A DNA stretch of 64,000 nt, from positions 2,314 to 66,313 of the forward strand of contig JACWAH010000001.1 of the NCBI GenBank assembly GCA_014874365.1, read 5' to 3'. Positions 49,382 through 59,478 of this stretch are shown here, in pieces. Numbering within the stretch: position 1 is the stretch's first letter; the number at the start of each line of letters is the position of its first letter. The position numbers and the translations under genes are program-made. Source of the stretch: Thermoplasmatales archaeon (GTDB lineage Archaea; Thermoplasmatota; Thermoplasmata; Thermoplasmatales; Thermoplasmataceae). The notes under the pieces are model-generated. The model was not told where the DNA came from and searched no databases. It worked only from the letters and a program-made list of their open reading frames with translations.

Positions 49382-50542
49382 ATGAAGACTACAATCTCGC
49401 ACATTAAGGCGGACATAGGGAGCCTACCGGGTCATACTACAGTTTATGAACCTGTAGTGAAAGAAGTTGAAAAGTACGTTAAAGACCATTCAGAAGGGCT
49501 GCTGTCAGATTTCCACATATCAAGCGTCGGAGATGATCTTCAGATTACGATGATTCATGGACGTGGCATCGACTCTCCAGAAATACACGAGCTTGCATGG
49601 AATGCCTTTAAGGCTGGAACCGAAGTTGCAAAGAAATTTGGCCTTTACGGGGCAGGCCAGGATTTACTAAAGGATGCATTCTCCGGCAATATCAAGGGGA
49701 TGGGCCCTGGAATTGCGGAAATGGAAATCACCCCAAGGAAATCAGAGCCATTCATTATCTATATGATGGATAAAACAGAACCGGGGGCTTTCAATTTACC
49801 GATTTACAAGATGTTTGCAGACCCTTTTAACACACCAGGTCTGGTAATAGATCCCAATATGCATGAAGGGTTCAAGTTTGAGATATGGGATATAATGGAA
49901 GCCAAGAAGATAGAGCTTCCCGCCCCTGAGAATCTCTACGACATACTTGCAATGATAGGATCGAAAAGCAGGTATGTAATTAAGAGAGTTTACACCAAGG
50001 AAACACATGAAAAACTTCCGGATGAGAATGTTGCCGTAATAACGACAGACAAACTTTCGCTGATAGCGGGCGAATACGTGGGAAAGGACGATCCCGCTGC
50101 TGTTGTTCGGATACAATCTGGGCTACCTGCATCTGGAGAATCACTTGAGGCGTTTTCCCACCCTTTCCTTGTTTCTGGTTGGATGAGGGGTTCTTTCAAT
50201 GGCCCTCTTATGCCCGTTGGACTTAAGAACGCAAAGATGACCAGATTTGATGGACCACCAAGAGTGGTCGCCCTGGGCTTTGTCCTCAAAGATGGAAGGC
50301 TTTCAGGCCCGGTAGACATGTTTGATGATCCAGCTTTCGACGGGGCTAGAAGAACTGCAGTAGACGTTGTAGATTACCTTAGGAGAATGGGGCCATTTGA
50401 GCCGCACAGGCTTCCGGATTCCGAGATGGAATACACCACTCTTCCGAAGATCATGGAAGCGCTTGGCCATAAATTCCAGAAAATCGAAAACGCGACTGTA
50501 AAAGCGAAAAAGTTAACGGAATCTACAAAGGATTTCGATTAA
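49382..50542 (+). CDS. fbp: Bifunctional fructose-1,6-bisphosphate aldolase/phosphatase
   Basis: IKADIGS, GDD, YGAGQDLL, DKTEPG, YVGKDDP, GWMRGS and MEYTTLP motifs. Confidence 0.97.
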   Translation: MKTTISHIKADIGSLPGHTTVYEPVVKEVEKYVKDHSEGLLSDFHISSVGDDLQITMIHGRGIDSPEIHELAWNAFKAGTEVAKKFGLYGAGQDLLKDAFSGNIKGMGPGIAEMEITPRKSEPFIIYMMDKTEPGAFNLPIYKMFADPFNTPGLVIDPNMHEGFKFEIWDIMEAKKIELPAPENLYDILAMIGSKSRYVIKRVYTKETHEKLPDENVAVITTDKLSLIAGEYVGKDDPAAVVRIQSGLPASGESLEAFSHPFLVSGWMRGSFNGPLMPVGLKNAKMTRFDGPPRVVALGFVLKDGRLSGPVDMFDDPAFDGARRTAVDVVDYLRRMGPFEPHRLPDSEMEYTTLPKIMEALGHKFQKIENATVKAKKLTESTKDFD

Positions 50543-50579
50543 GCATCGTATAAATAACCTGATATTCGCAATCTTTTAA

Positions 50580-50602
50580 TTGAACCCAACAGGGGGGTTC
50601 AA
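50580..50602 (+). terminator. Hairpin after fbp (putative terminator)
   Basis: ttgaaccc-N7-gggttcaa is a perfect 8-bp inverted repeat. Confidence 0.45.
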
Positions 50603-50613
50603 CTAATTATTAA

Positions 50614-50802
50614 GGTTCATCGGACTTTCATGCGGGTTCCCATTAATTGGATAGCAGGGAACGCCAGTTTTCCGAGGGTTGCGGAAGTTACTACGGTATA
50701 TATGAAGAGGATATTCTCCGGGTGATCAATGGGTAATAATGGAAAAACCAATTTCCCTGCGGTCTATCATTTTTATTAACAAATACGAAAGTGTGAAGAG
50801 CC
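50614..50802. mobile_element. ISL3-type MITE, copy 2 (189 bp)
   Basis: Imperfect TIRs ggttcatcggactttc and gaaagtgtgaagagcc. Flanking 8-bp near-duplication attattaa/attattga. No transposase. Confidence 0.88.
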
Positions 50803-50957
50803 ATTATTGATTTATTATTGCGTTGCAGTTGAGGCCTTCACAAGCGAGCGATGAAATTACAACAATGAAATAAGAGTCTTCAGTTTGATGTACAAAACAA
50901 AATTACAAAATATATATTATCCCGGTTTCCAGTATCAATACAGGGGCATGCTTCAGT

Positions 50958-51104
50958 ATGGTGATTGATGTTGTGTGCGGCATGAAAATGAAAGAGAGGC
51001 CATCTTTTTTTGATGAATTTGGAGGAGAAAAATATTATTTCTGCTCCGAGGAATGCAGGTCTGTTTTCCGAAAGAATCCCATTAAGTATTCCCGCGTCAC
51101 TTAA
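50958..51104 (+). CDS. Stand-alone YHS/TRASH-domain metal-binding protein (48 aa)
   Basis: MVIDVVCGM...YYFCSEECRSVFRKNPIKY. It is below the ORF-track length cutoff. Confidence 0.85.
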   Translation: MVIDVVCGMKMKERPSFFDEFGGEKYYFCSEECRSVFRKNPIKYSRVT

Positions 51105-51215
51105 GCCAAGGCCCACCCACTCTTAAATTCGAAATATGTGTACTGTCTGTTCAATTGATTAAATACTACTTATAAATAATGGGGCAGGCATCCAAATTGG
51201 GAGGAATGAATTGAA

Positions 51216-51365
51216 TTGGCGTTTCCTGAAGCTGTTGAAAGAAGACTTAACAAAAAAATATGCATGAGATGCAACGCAAGAAATTCGGTTAAGGCAGAGC
51301 GTTGCAGGAAATGCGGATACACCGGACTTAGAATGAAGGCTAAAGAGAGGAGAGGCGGGCAGTAA
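51216..51365 (+). CDS. rpl40e: 50S ribosomal protein L40e
   Basis: [23 protein letters not shown]...[19 protein letters not shown] start with an SD upstream. Confidence 0.95.
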   Translation: MAFPEAVERRLNKKICMRCNARNSVKAERCRKCGYTGLRMKAKERRGGQ

Positions 51366-52142
51366 ACGCATTCTGCTGACGGTATTTCAGTTGCCATCCT
51401 TAGAATGGAGGGCACTAACTGTGACAGCGAGGCATACCGTGCATTTCGCCAGTCAAAGTTTATACCTGAGTTTGTACACATAAACGAACTGGACAGGGGG
51501 AAAAAAAGAATAGGCGATTATTCAGCAGTGTTTATTCCCGGCGGATTCTCTGGCGGAGATTACATCAGGGCTGGAGCTCTTTTTTCGGCGAGATTGAGAA
51601 AGCACATGCCTTCGATTATCAGGTTTGTTGATTCAGGCAGGCCAGTAATTGGAGTTTGCAACGGATTTCAAATCCTTGCGGATCTGGGTTTACTTCCAGA
51701 CATAAGTGGTAAACAGGAAAGGGAGGTTGCCCTGTCAGTGAATAAGTCGGGGAAGTTCGAATGCAGGGACACCTACCTTAGGGTAGAATCTGATCATAAA
51801 CTGATTGGTTCAAGGTACAAGAAAGGGGATGTTGCCCTGGCAACCGTTGCTCACAGTGAAGGCAGGCTCATTTTCAGGAATGAAGAAACCAATGCAGAAG
51901 CGGAAAAGCGCAATCTGGTGCTGTTCAGGTATTCAAACCAAACAGGGGAAACTGCCGGTTATCCCTGGAACCCTAATGGTTCCGCAGGTGATATTGCCGG
52001 ATTATCAAACGAATCTGGAAACGTAATTGGAATGATGCCTCATCCTGAAAGAAAATTGTTTGTAAGCCGGGATCATTCAGTAGGTAAAGTATTCGGCCAG
52101 GATTTCTTCAGCGCAATTCACGATTACGCAATAAAGCAGTAA
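51366..52142 (+). CDS. purQ: FGAM synthase glutaminase subunit PurQ
   Basis: EGTNCD, PGGFSGGDY, GVCNGFQIL, AHSEGR, NPNGS and GMMPHPER motifs. The first ATG is at 51405, but the conserved N-terminal strand lies upstream of it, so the start is uncertain. Confidence 0.93.
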   Translation, partial: THSADGISVAILRMEGTNCDSEAYRAFRQSKFIPEFVHINELDRGKKRIGDYSAVFIPGGFSGGDYIRAGALFSARLRKHMPSIIRFVDSGRPVIGVCNGFQILADLGLLPDISGKQEREVALSVNKSGKFECRDTYLRVESDHKLIGSRYKKGDVALATVAHSEGRLIFRNEETNAEAEKRNLVLFRYSNQTGETAGYPWNPNGSAGDIAGLSNESGNVIGMMPHPERKLFVSRDHSVGKVFGQDFFSAIHDYAIKQ

Positions 52143-52143
52143 G

Positions 52144-52704
52144 TTAGCAATTCTTGCCTAGAATTTCCCTAATTGCAGATCGAGACTCCAACCTGAATAA
52201 ATCAAGGGAAGAGTCATTTACCAGCATTTTGTCAGATAACACAATTGCCTTGCCAACTCCCCAGTCCAGCTCACGGTTATCCCTCCTAATGAGTTCTTCA
52301 AGGCTGTGGACGTCGTCATTCCTGTTCCTCTTTACTATTCTCTCCAGCCTGGTTTTTCTGTTTGCGAAGATGGCAAAAAGGTAAAATTGCTCCGTTTCCG
52401 CTTCTTTCATAAAATATTCCAGCTCTTCGTAGCTTCGCAGTCCATCAATCACGATTAACGGGGCATCTATGTCCATTAAAGTCCTTTTAGCCCATATGTC
52501 TTTGCCAAATTTTTCCCGTTCAGCTGTTGCAAATTTCCCTATATCTGCATCACTTATGGCAATATTTGACATCGCAGCATATTTTCTCACCGCATTACCC
52601 ATATGCAGATCCTTGAAGCCTTCTTCCACGCATACCTTGATAAACTCGTCCTTTCCAGACCCTGGCATGCCGGTGACTATAATCAGGCATGCTGGCTTAG
52701 CCAA
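52144..52704 (-). CDS. Dephospho-CoA-kinase-like P-loop kinase (archaeal UPF0200-like)
   Basis: IVTGMPGSGK, MGNAVR, IDGLRS..E and RDNRELDWG motifs. TTG start at 52704. Confidence 0.8.
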   Translation of the reverse strand: MAKPACLIIVTGMPGSGKDEFIKVCVEEGFKDLHMGNAVRKYAAMSNIAISDADIGKFATAEREKFGKDIWAKRTLMDIDAPLIVIDGLRSYEELEYFMKEAETEQFYLFAIFANRKTRLERIVKRNRNDDVHSLEELIRRDNRELDWGVGKAIVLSDKMLVNDSSLDLFRLESRSAIREILGKNC

Positions 52705-52990
52705 AGAGAAACCCCATTCCCTGGTCTGCCTTGTCTTCCTCTTCCTTAATCTGCTGCATGATCTTGCTGGTTTTCTTGGCATCAAGAACTTTGGCTGATT
52801 TGCCAATAATCTTAGAGGCAGTCTGGACCGCTTCATCGCTGCCCTGGATTATGAACAGAAGTTCATCATCCTTCATTCCGTATTGAGAACCTTCCTTTGT
52901 AATAAGAGTCTGCCTTCCTACAATGTCGTCTGAAGTTGCAGTATCTATTATCCCTTTATCTGATTTTTTCAGAAGGAATATCTTTATCAT
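52697..52990 (-). CDS. Archaeal hypothetical protein
   Basis: Compact 97-aa ORF within the operon, ending EEEDKADQGMGFLFG. Confidence 0.7.
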   Translation of the reverse strand: MIKIFLLKKSDKGIIDTATSDDIVGRQTLITKEGSQYGMKDDELLFIIQGSDEAVQTASKIIGKSAKVLDAKKTSKIMQQIKEEEDKADQGMGFLFG

Positions 52991-53027
52991 GCAGATTCCG
53001 GAAATAACAATTCACTTAAATACAATT

Positions 53028-53453
53028 CTATTGAGATGCATAGAATTCACCCGAGCTGATCCTGAAGAATACCTCCTTGTCACGCTCATGGAGGTCTGAA
53101 GGAAGACAGAATTTATCCTTCTTTAATACTTTGCTCAGTTTAGAGGGTTTTCCATCTACGGAAACGCATAGTACATGCTTGGTTTTAGTAGTGATACCTA
53201 CTGCCTTGACCGCTTCGCTGATCTGGCGCTTACCGCTTAGTAACATCATAAGCAACGAGGCCTTTCTCTTGACTCGAATATCCTTTTCCATGAGTGTATT
53301 AGATTCCTCGACTGCAATTCTTACCTGCTTCTCGCTTATGAGTTTATCTGCATCCAGGAAAAAAATCTCATCTGGCCGCATTGAAACAAGTTCTATAATA
53401 GCATTTTCGGTAAGAAGACCATTAGGAGTAAAATACTCCAGATCACACTGCAT
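53028..53453 (-). CDS. cgi121: KEOPS complex subunit Cgi121
   Basis: [14 protein letters not shown] and [16 protein letters not shown] motifs, downstream of lonB. Confidence 0.8.
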   Translation of the reverse strand: MQCDLEYFTPNGLLTENAIIELVSMRPDEIFFLDADKLISEKQVRIAVEESNTLMEKDIRVKRKASLLMMLLSGKRQISEAVKAVGITTKTKHVLCVSVDGKPSKLSKVLKKDKFCLPSDLHERDKEVFFRISSGEFYASQ

Positions 53454-55416
53454 TTGGGTCTTTCTTTCTTACAGCAGCAGGTTTTCCAGTGGTGAACAAC
53501 TCGGATATTCCACCAAGAAATTTTTGTCTTTCCGGCGACTTATCCAGGGCTATCTCCAGGACGTCCTTTATGTTATTGACCGGTATGATTTCGATCCTGT
53601 TCTTGTGACTCTCGTCAAGAATGATATCTCCAAAGTTAGCCGCAGGCACAACGACCTTAGTCATACCTGACTCAATTGCTGCTTCAACTTTCGCTGTGAC
53701 CCCACCAATAGGGAGAACGTTTCCTCTGACCGTGAGAGAGCCAGTCATTGCTAGGGTCTGATCAATCGGTATATTCTCCAGGGCTGAGATTACCGCGGTC
53801 GCAATTGATATGCTTGCGGAATCCCCTTCCACACCCTCATAAGTACCTATAAACTGAATGTGCAAGTCCAGATCAGAAATATCCTTGCCAGTTATTTTCT
53901 TTATTACTGCTGAGACGTTTTGCACAGCTTCTTTTGCGATTTCTCCAAGTTTTCCAGTAGCAATCACAGTTCCCTGACCCTTGTGCTGTGCCTGTGTCAC
54001 CTCGGCGACGATAGGCATGACGACTCCTGAAAAGTCTGCCATTCCGGAATCTGACGATCCCATAACGGCGAGTCCATTTACTACGCCTACGCTCTTTCCT
54101 TCTGACCTGAAAGTCTTGTACAGCTTTTTTATCTCTATGCTTCTATCCGCAACCTGTTGTTCAAGGGGCTTGCTGATGTTTTTGGCTGCAATCACATGCT
54201 TGGAATCCACAATTGTTGCATTTTCAGTAACCGCTATGTCTCCAGCAACCCTGATCAGTCCACCCAGTTCCCTTAATCTGAGAGTTAACTTTCCCCTCCT
54301 TCCGGATCTCTTCTGGGCTTCCTTCACTATTTCTATTATTGCAGATGGATCGAAATGTGGTATTTTCTTGTCTTTAGCAATCTCCTGGGCAATAAACTGA
54401 ACAAGTTTCTTCCTGTTTTCGTCACTGTCATCCATGTTGCTCCGCACGTATACCTCATACCCGTAACCTCTTATCCTCGACCTGAGAGCAGGATGCATCC
54501 CCTGAACGGCGTCCAGATTCCCGGCAGCAACAAGAATGAAATCGCATGGTACGGGTTCCGTCTGAACCATGGCCCCGGCACTTCTTTCACTCTGCCCGGA
54601 TATTGAGAATTTCTTCTCCTGCATCGCAGTGAGCAGAGCCTGTTGACTCTCCGGTCTCAGCAGATTGATCTCGTCAATGAATAGCACTCCCTTATGTGCC
54701 TTATGAATGTTTCCAGCTTCGACCCTGTCATGAGCTGGAGTTTCCAATCCGCCAGACTGGAAAGGATCATGCTTAACATCCCCAAGCAACGCTCCAGAGT
54801 GTGCACCCGTGGAGTCCATAAATGGTGGCTTGTCAGTTGGTGTATGTCCGACAAGCAGCTTAGGTATCATAGCCTTTTCAGCCCTGGCAGCAGGGTTAAG
54901 TGCCATTGCCCAGTACAAAATCACTGCGGCAATTATTGAAAGGAACAGGAGGTCAAAGGCCTCACCATCGTTGCCCTGCGAAATGAATATCCCCGCAAGT
55001 ATAATTCCAAGAAGGAAAATTGAGAATATTATAACAATTATTCCTCTGGAACGGTCTCTTCGATCTCTCTCGGCTTTTACCTGGTACTGTTTTACTATCT
55101 CCTTTCCTCTTCCAGCCTGATACGTCTTTACCCTGGGCCTGTTTGAGTCTTCAGGGTTAGGGAAAACAACAATATCTTCAAGCTCTTCCTTTGGAAGGAA
55201 TTCGCTCATCGACTGGGCGAGCATGGACTTGCCGGTTCCAGGGTCTCCAATCAGCATAACGTGCCTTTTTTGTAACGCAGCTTTCTTTACAACATAACCG
55301 GCTTCTTCTTGTCCGATTACCTGATCGAACAATACTTTCGGAACCGGTATATCAGCAGTGCTCTTTATGTTAAGAGAATGTACCCACTGCTCAATATTTT
55401 CTTGCTCCTCAGTCAC
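53443..55416 (-). CDS. lonB: Archaeal membrane-bound ATP-dependent protease LonB
   Basis: [15 protein letters not shown], two TM insert, LFIDEI, EGDSAS (catalytic Ser) and PIGGVTAK (catalytic Lys). Confidence 0.97.
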   Translation of the reverse strand: MTEEQENIEQWVHSLNIKSTADIPVPKVLFDQVIGQEEAGYVVKKAALQKRHVMLIGDPGTGKSMLAQSMSEFLPKEELEDIVVFPNPEDSNRPRVKTYQAGRGKEIVKQYQVKAERDRRDRSRGIIVIIFSIFLLGIILAGIFISQGNDGEAFDLLFLSIIAAVILYWAMALNPAARAEKAMIPKLLVGHTPTDKPPFMDSTGAHSGALLGDVKHDPFQSGGLETPAHDRVEAGNIHKAHKGVLFIDEINLLRPESQQALLTAMQEKKFSISGQSERSAGAMVQTEPVPCDFILVAAGNLDAVQGMHPALRSRIRGYGYEVYVRSNMDDSDENRKKLVQFIAQEIAKDKKIPHFDPSAIIEIVKEAQKRSGRRGKLTLRLRELGGLIRVAGDIAVTENATIVDSKHVIAAKNISKPLEQQVADRSIEIKKLYKTFRSEGKSVGVVNGLAVMGSSDSGMADFSGVVMPIVAEVTQAQHKGQGTVIATGKLGEIAKEAVQNVSAVIKKITGKDISDLDLHIQFIGTYEGVEGDSASISIATAVISALENIPIDQTLAMTGSLTVRGNVLPIGGVTAKVEAAIESGMTKVVVPAANFGDIILDESHKNRIEIIPVNNIKDVLEIALDKSPERQKFLGGISELFTTGKPAAVRKKDPNAV

Positions 55417-55561
55417 GATTACTCAAATTCAATCTGACGATTAATAGTTTTGTATTAAAATGGTTGAAAAATTTTGTAAAATCCAGCTTCCAACAAAATC
55501 TTTGATTCCTGCCAGCCAGTAATCCTGCAAAAGTTTGTCTATTCAGGAGGAATTAAGCTCC

Positions 55562-56671
55562 ATGTCTTTTTCATTTGGCCGAAACATTGTCATTTCACTA
55601 TCCGGAGAGTCACATTCAAATTTTGTGGAAGGAAGAATAGAAGGATTGCCGTCAGGTCTTCCTATCTCCGAGAAAGTAATAGAGAAATGGCTGCTCAGGA
55701 GAAGACCAGGCATCAGCGAGTTTACCTCACAGAGGAAAGAGGAAGACGCTTTCACAATAAAAGGCGGAGTAATGGACGGACATACCAATGGCGGTCCTGT
55801 TGTTATTTCTATAGAAAACAAGGACGTCATATCATCGACATACGAAAAAACTCAATTCACTCCGAGGCCGGGCCATTCCGATTATCCTTCATGGATCAGA
55901 TATGGAAAATACAGGGATTACCGTGGGGGGGGATTTTTTTCAGGCAGGATGACCACGCCTCTGGTGGCAGTAGGGTCAATAGCAACCGATTTGCTTCAAA
56001 AGCTTGGGATAGAACTGACCTCATACATCGCCAGGATGGGGGAAATCGAATTCCAGACTCAAGAATGGTTTGACGAAGCAGAAGTTTACAGGTTCAAAAC
56101 AAGAATACCTGATGATAAGAAGAATGCAGAGGCAGAGAACATTCTAAGGCATCTAATGAAGAATGGCGACTCAGTTGGAGCCGAAATTGCGACCAGAATA
56201 AAGGGAATGCCTGCAGGAGTCGGAGAACCATTCTTTGATTCCGTTGAATCCATGCTTTCGCATCTCATATTCTCCATACCGGCAGTAAAAGGGATCGAAT
56301 TCGGGTCCGGTTTCAAATTCCCAGGGATGCTCGGTTCTCAGTCTACCGATGAATATTCTTTTCAAAACCAGCGGGTGGAAGTTCAAAACAATCACAATGG
56401 CGGAATACTCGGCGGGTTGACCACCGGAATGGAAATTGCATTTAACGTCGCGATAAAACCAACTTCTTCGATCAGGATTGAACAGGATACGGTGAACCTG
56501 AAAACCCTCAAAGCCGAAAAAATTACGGTCATGGGGAGGCATGATCCATGCATCGGAATAAGAGCAGTTCCGGTGGTACAATCTTGCGCTTCAATAGTCA
56601 TGCTTGATCTATTGCTGGAATATCACTCTAGAGATATTTTAGGCAAACTTAGAGAGAATGAAGAAAACTAA
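55562..56671 (+). CDS. aroC: Chorismate synthase
   Basis: GESH, RRRPG, PRPGHSD, RGGGFFSGR, NHNGGILGG, KPTSSI and GRHDPC motifs. Confidence 0.96.
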   Translation: MSFSFGRNIVISLSGESHSNFVEGRIEGLPSGLPISEKVIEKWLLRRRPGISEFTSQRKEEDAFTIKGGVMDGHTNGGPVVISIENKDVISSTYEKTQFTPRPGHSDYPSWIRYGKYRDYRGGGFFSGRMTTPLVAVGSIATDLLQKLGIELTSYIARMGEIEFQTQEWFDEAEVYRFKTRIPDDKKNAEAENILRHLMKNGDSVGAEIATRIKGMPAGVGEPFFDSVESMLSHLIFSIPAVKGIEFGSGFKFPGMLGSQSTDEYSFQNQRVEVQNNHNGGILGGLTTGMEIAFNVAIKPTSSIRIEQDTVNLKTLKAEKITVMGRHDPCIGIRAVPVVQSCASIVMLDLLLEYHSRDILGKLRENEEN

Positions 56672-58396
56672 TCCTGAAAGCAATAGAGATGAAACGCTAG
56701 TCGCCAGAATCGCATATTTTGCTGTATGCAAAGCCTGGAAAACGGTGCTATTCAGCCGTTTGAAAATGCCTTCTTCGCCCATGTGAACTTTTGCCGTAGA
56801 CGCACCATAGAATATTTTCGCTTTTCCAATATCTTTCAAGGCCAATTCAATGGAATCAAGTGCTTTTTCCCGCACCAATGAAAGATCGTCTCTTTCCCCC
56901 AGAGGATTCATGTCAAGAGTGCTGCTATTAACAACATGGTTATCCGTCGTATAGAATTCTATACTTGTCACTTGCTGCGGCACTTTCTCTTTTATTGAAC
57001 CAATTAATTCAGGAGTTATGTTGTTTGAATCTGACAGCATGTAACAATGAAGGGACTTGCCATTCCCGATGACAAGGGCCTGAATTCCCATTGGTCCGAC
57101 TCCCGGGCTCGTTAATTCAGTTTTTCCATAACCAGCTATAATATCCTGATTTATCTCAAGCCTGTTGTATTCTCTCAATATGGCTTTCTGAAACCTGTGC
57201 AATTCTGAAAGTATTGGGGCTCCGTGGAAGAAATAGCTCTGAGAATCAACTAGAATTACATCTTTCGTGCCCGATCTGATCAGTGCATCTGAAAGTACAA
57301 GGCTTTCTTCAAACGATGCGTCGTCAAACTTTTCCCTATCTGGAATGAAGGAAACGAATGGAACATCACCAAACCGTTGAATTCCCAAAGAGACACCAGA
57401 TACGCTGAGTTTCCTGAATCTTGAGATTCCTGGAAGTTCAACGGATTTGTTAATAGACTCTTTAACCGCTTCTGCTATCGCAACTACATCCTGCTCATCC
57501 CTGCAGTTATTGCTGTTAGTGGTGGTAGTGTGGAATACCATCAGATCTTCCTTCCTGTTCGCTACGTAACTGGAAAGCTTTTCCGGCAGGTTGCTGCTGC
57601 CAAATTTGCCGAAAGGGCCGGGATGCACGTATGGAAATACCATTCTCAGGATACTTCCGTTTTCCTTCACAACTGAGACCACCTTTACCGGGACTTCTCT
57701 TTCATTGCTGTATATCATCTTGAAAAATTCAAGACCCTCGTGCTCTTCTTCCGTCCGCAAGTTCAGGAACATGTTTAGAACTGTAATCGGGCTAACACCG
57801 AACTCTTTCTGAAAATCTCTTATGGAAACCTGTACGAATGCTATTCCAAACAAGTAAAACAGGGTTCCGCTTATTAGGGAGGGGAGCAAGTAGACATACG
57901 AGGCTCCGATGAAGATGGACAATACTGCAGAAATGATTATCGGGAACATGCTGGGGAGATAAAGTTTTTTTGGTTCTCCAGAATAATATGGGTAATAAAG
58001 TATAACTCTGAGAAAGGACACTGCACTCCAGCTGAAAAGGATTGCACCATAGGCGCCCCCAATTGGAAGTTTTACAGTGAATGTAATCCAGGCTAGTATT
58101 GAGAATACCGTGAAAGTGGAAAAATTCAGGAAGTAAATTCTTCTTGAAGGAAAGTAGAAATTAGCATAATGAACGAAAATTTCATCTGAGCAGATCACGA
58201 GTAAAGCCGGGAGGGCGTAAAGCAACAGGCTCTGCCACACTGAATGAAACAGGAAGTATGAGAGTATGAGGTAAACGACGACGGGGGCCACATAGACCCT
58301 GGCGCTTGGTGAGCGCTTCATATATTTTGTCAAGTCCGCAAAAATCCTGTTCCGCGAGTGCTGAGATTTCAATCTTCCCAGTGAATAAGGGATCAA
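56639..58396 (-). CDS. DUF2070-family archaeal membrane protein
   Basis: N-terminal multi-TM region, PYVHPGPFG..GSSNLP, DSNN and TTDNH motifs. Start uncertain. Confidence 0.8.
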   Translation of the reverse strand: MIPYSLGRLKSQHSRNRIFADLTKYMKRSPSARVYVAPVVVYLILSYFLFHSVWQSLLLYALPALLVICSDEIFVHYANFYFPSRRIYFLNFSTFTVFSILAWITFTVKLPIGGAYGAILFSWSAVSFLRVILYYPYYSGEPKKLYLPSMFPIIISAVLSIFIGASYVYLLPSLISGTLFYLFGIAFVQVSIRDFQKEFGVSPITVLNMFLNLRTEEEHEGLEFFKMIYSNEREVPVKVVSVVKENGSILRMVFPYVHPGPFGKFGSSNLPEKLSSYVANRKEDLMVFHTTTTNSNNCRDEQDVVAIAEAVKESINKSVELPGISRFRKLSVSGVSLGIQRFGDVPFVSFIPDREKFDDASFEESLVLSDALIRSGTKDVILVDSQSYFFHGAPILSELHRFQKAILREYNRLEINQDIIAGYGKTELTSPGVGPMGIQALVIGNGKSLHCYMLSDSNNITPELIGSIKEKVPQQVTSIEFYTTDNHVVNSSTLDMNPLGERDDLSLVREKALDSIELALKDIGKAKIFYGASTAKVHMGEEGIFKRLNSTVFQALHTAKYAILATSVSSLLLSGLVFFILSKFA

Positions 58397-58398
58397 TA

Positions 58399-59478
58399 TT
58401 AATTTCTTCGCGACGTTGCGATAATCTTGAGTTTCTTAATTACAAACTCATCAATGCCAACGCTTATTCTAACGTACTGGCCAAATCTATCTGAAATTGC
58501 AACTGGAGCAATCATGATTATCTCATTTATCGGGATCATTTTCTCCCTTGTAGCGACAATGATGAGATTCTCTGGCCTCAACTCGGTCAGGACCCGGTCA
58601 GATAGTTCATAATTGCCTCTGCCCACAAGAATCCCCATTCCACCGATTGGAGATATAATCAACCTGTAGTTCCCATCTTTCATTGCTGCAAGGATGTCCT
58701 CCTCTCCTGCCCTACTCTTAACTACCCTTCTATTTTTGACAATCTTAAAGTTAAGCAGATCTGTTCCAGGAACACCAAGTGCTTCCAGAATAGAATTACA
58801 GGTTGATCCGGGTCCAATTATGTACGATATTTCAGAACTCATATCAGCAGCAATCCCATACCCGAGCGAGGAAATATCCGTAGAGGCAAAGACCTGTTTC
58901 GGGTCCTGATTGTATGTTTTCGACTGAATTCCACTCATTTCGCCAAACAGTTTAAGGCGATCTTCCTTGAAATCGTAGTCAAGTATTTCTTTATCCTCAA
59001 ACTTTACGGAATTGGATAGGAAGAATTCCAGTTCCTTCACTGCATCCATCCAGGTGTAGGCGAATACGGAACTGTACATCTTAATTCCTGCCGGCACGCC
59101 TATTACGGGTACGGCATGTCCAACGGCATCCAGTAAATCCCGTGCTGTCCCATCTCCACCAACGAACACCAAAAGTTCAGCTCCTTCGCTGATTGCTTTT
59201 TTAGCGAAATTTTTTGTGTCGGCGCTTGAACTTGGATTATTCCATCCCTTCACTAGCGTATACGGGAACTGCATGAACCCGTCACTTTTGTAAATCTCAA
59301 AATCAGGCATTATTAGATGCACAGACTCAGGAAAAGTTATCGAGGAGACAAAGTTTCTGCCAATAATAGTTGATTCAGACTCTGAATAATCTGCCTGCGG
59401 GATATCGTCGGATGATTTCAAGCCTAATTTCTTACCCTCGCCCGCTCGTGGGTTGATAAAGAATGCTATCTTCCTCAT
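58399..59478 (-). CDS. ATP-NAD kinase family protein (AcoX-like)
   Basis: INPRAG, GGDGTARD, GVPAGIKMYSSVF, GPGST and SPIGGMG...GRGN motifs. Confidence 0.85.
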   Translation of the reverse strand: MRKIAFFINPRAGEGKKLGLKSSDDIPQADYSESESTIIGRNFVSSITFPESVHLIMPDFEIYKSDGFMQFPYTLVKGWNNPSSSADTKNFAKKAISEGAELLVFVGGDGTARDLLDAVGHAVPVIGVPAGIKMYSSVFAYTWMDAVKELEFFLSNSVKFEDKEILDYDFKEDRLKLFGEMSGIQSKTYNQDPKQVFASTDISSLGYGIAADMSSEISYIIGPGSTCNSILEALGVPGTDLLNFKIVKNRRVVKSRAGEEDILAAMKDGNYRLIISPIGGMGILVGRGNYELSDRVLTELRPENLIIVATREKMIPINEIIMIAPVAISDRFGQYVRISVGIDEFVIKKLKIIATSRRN

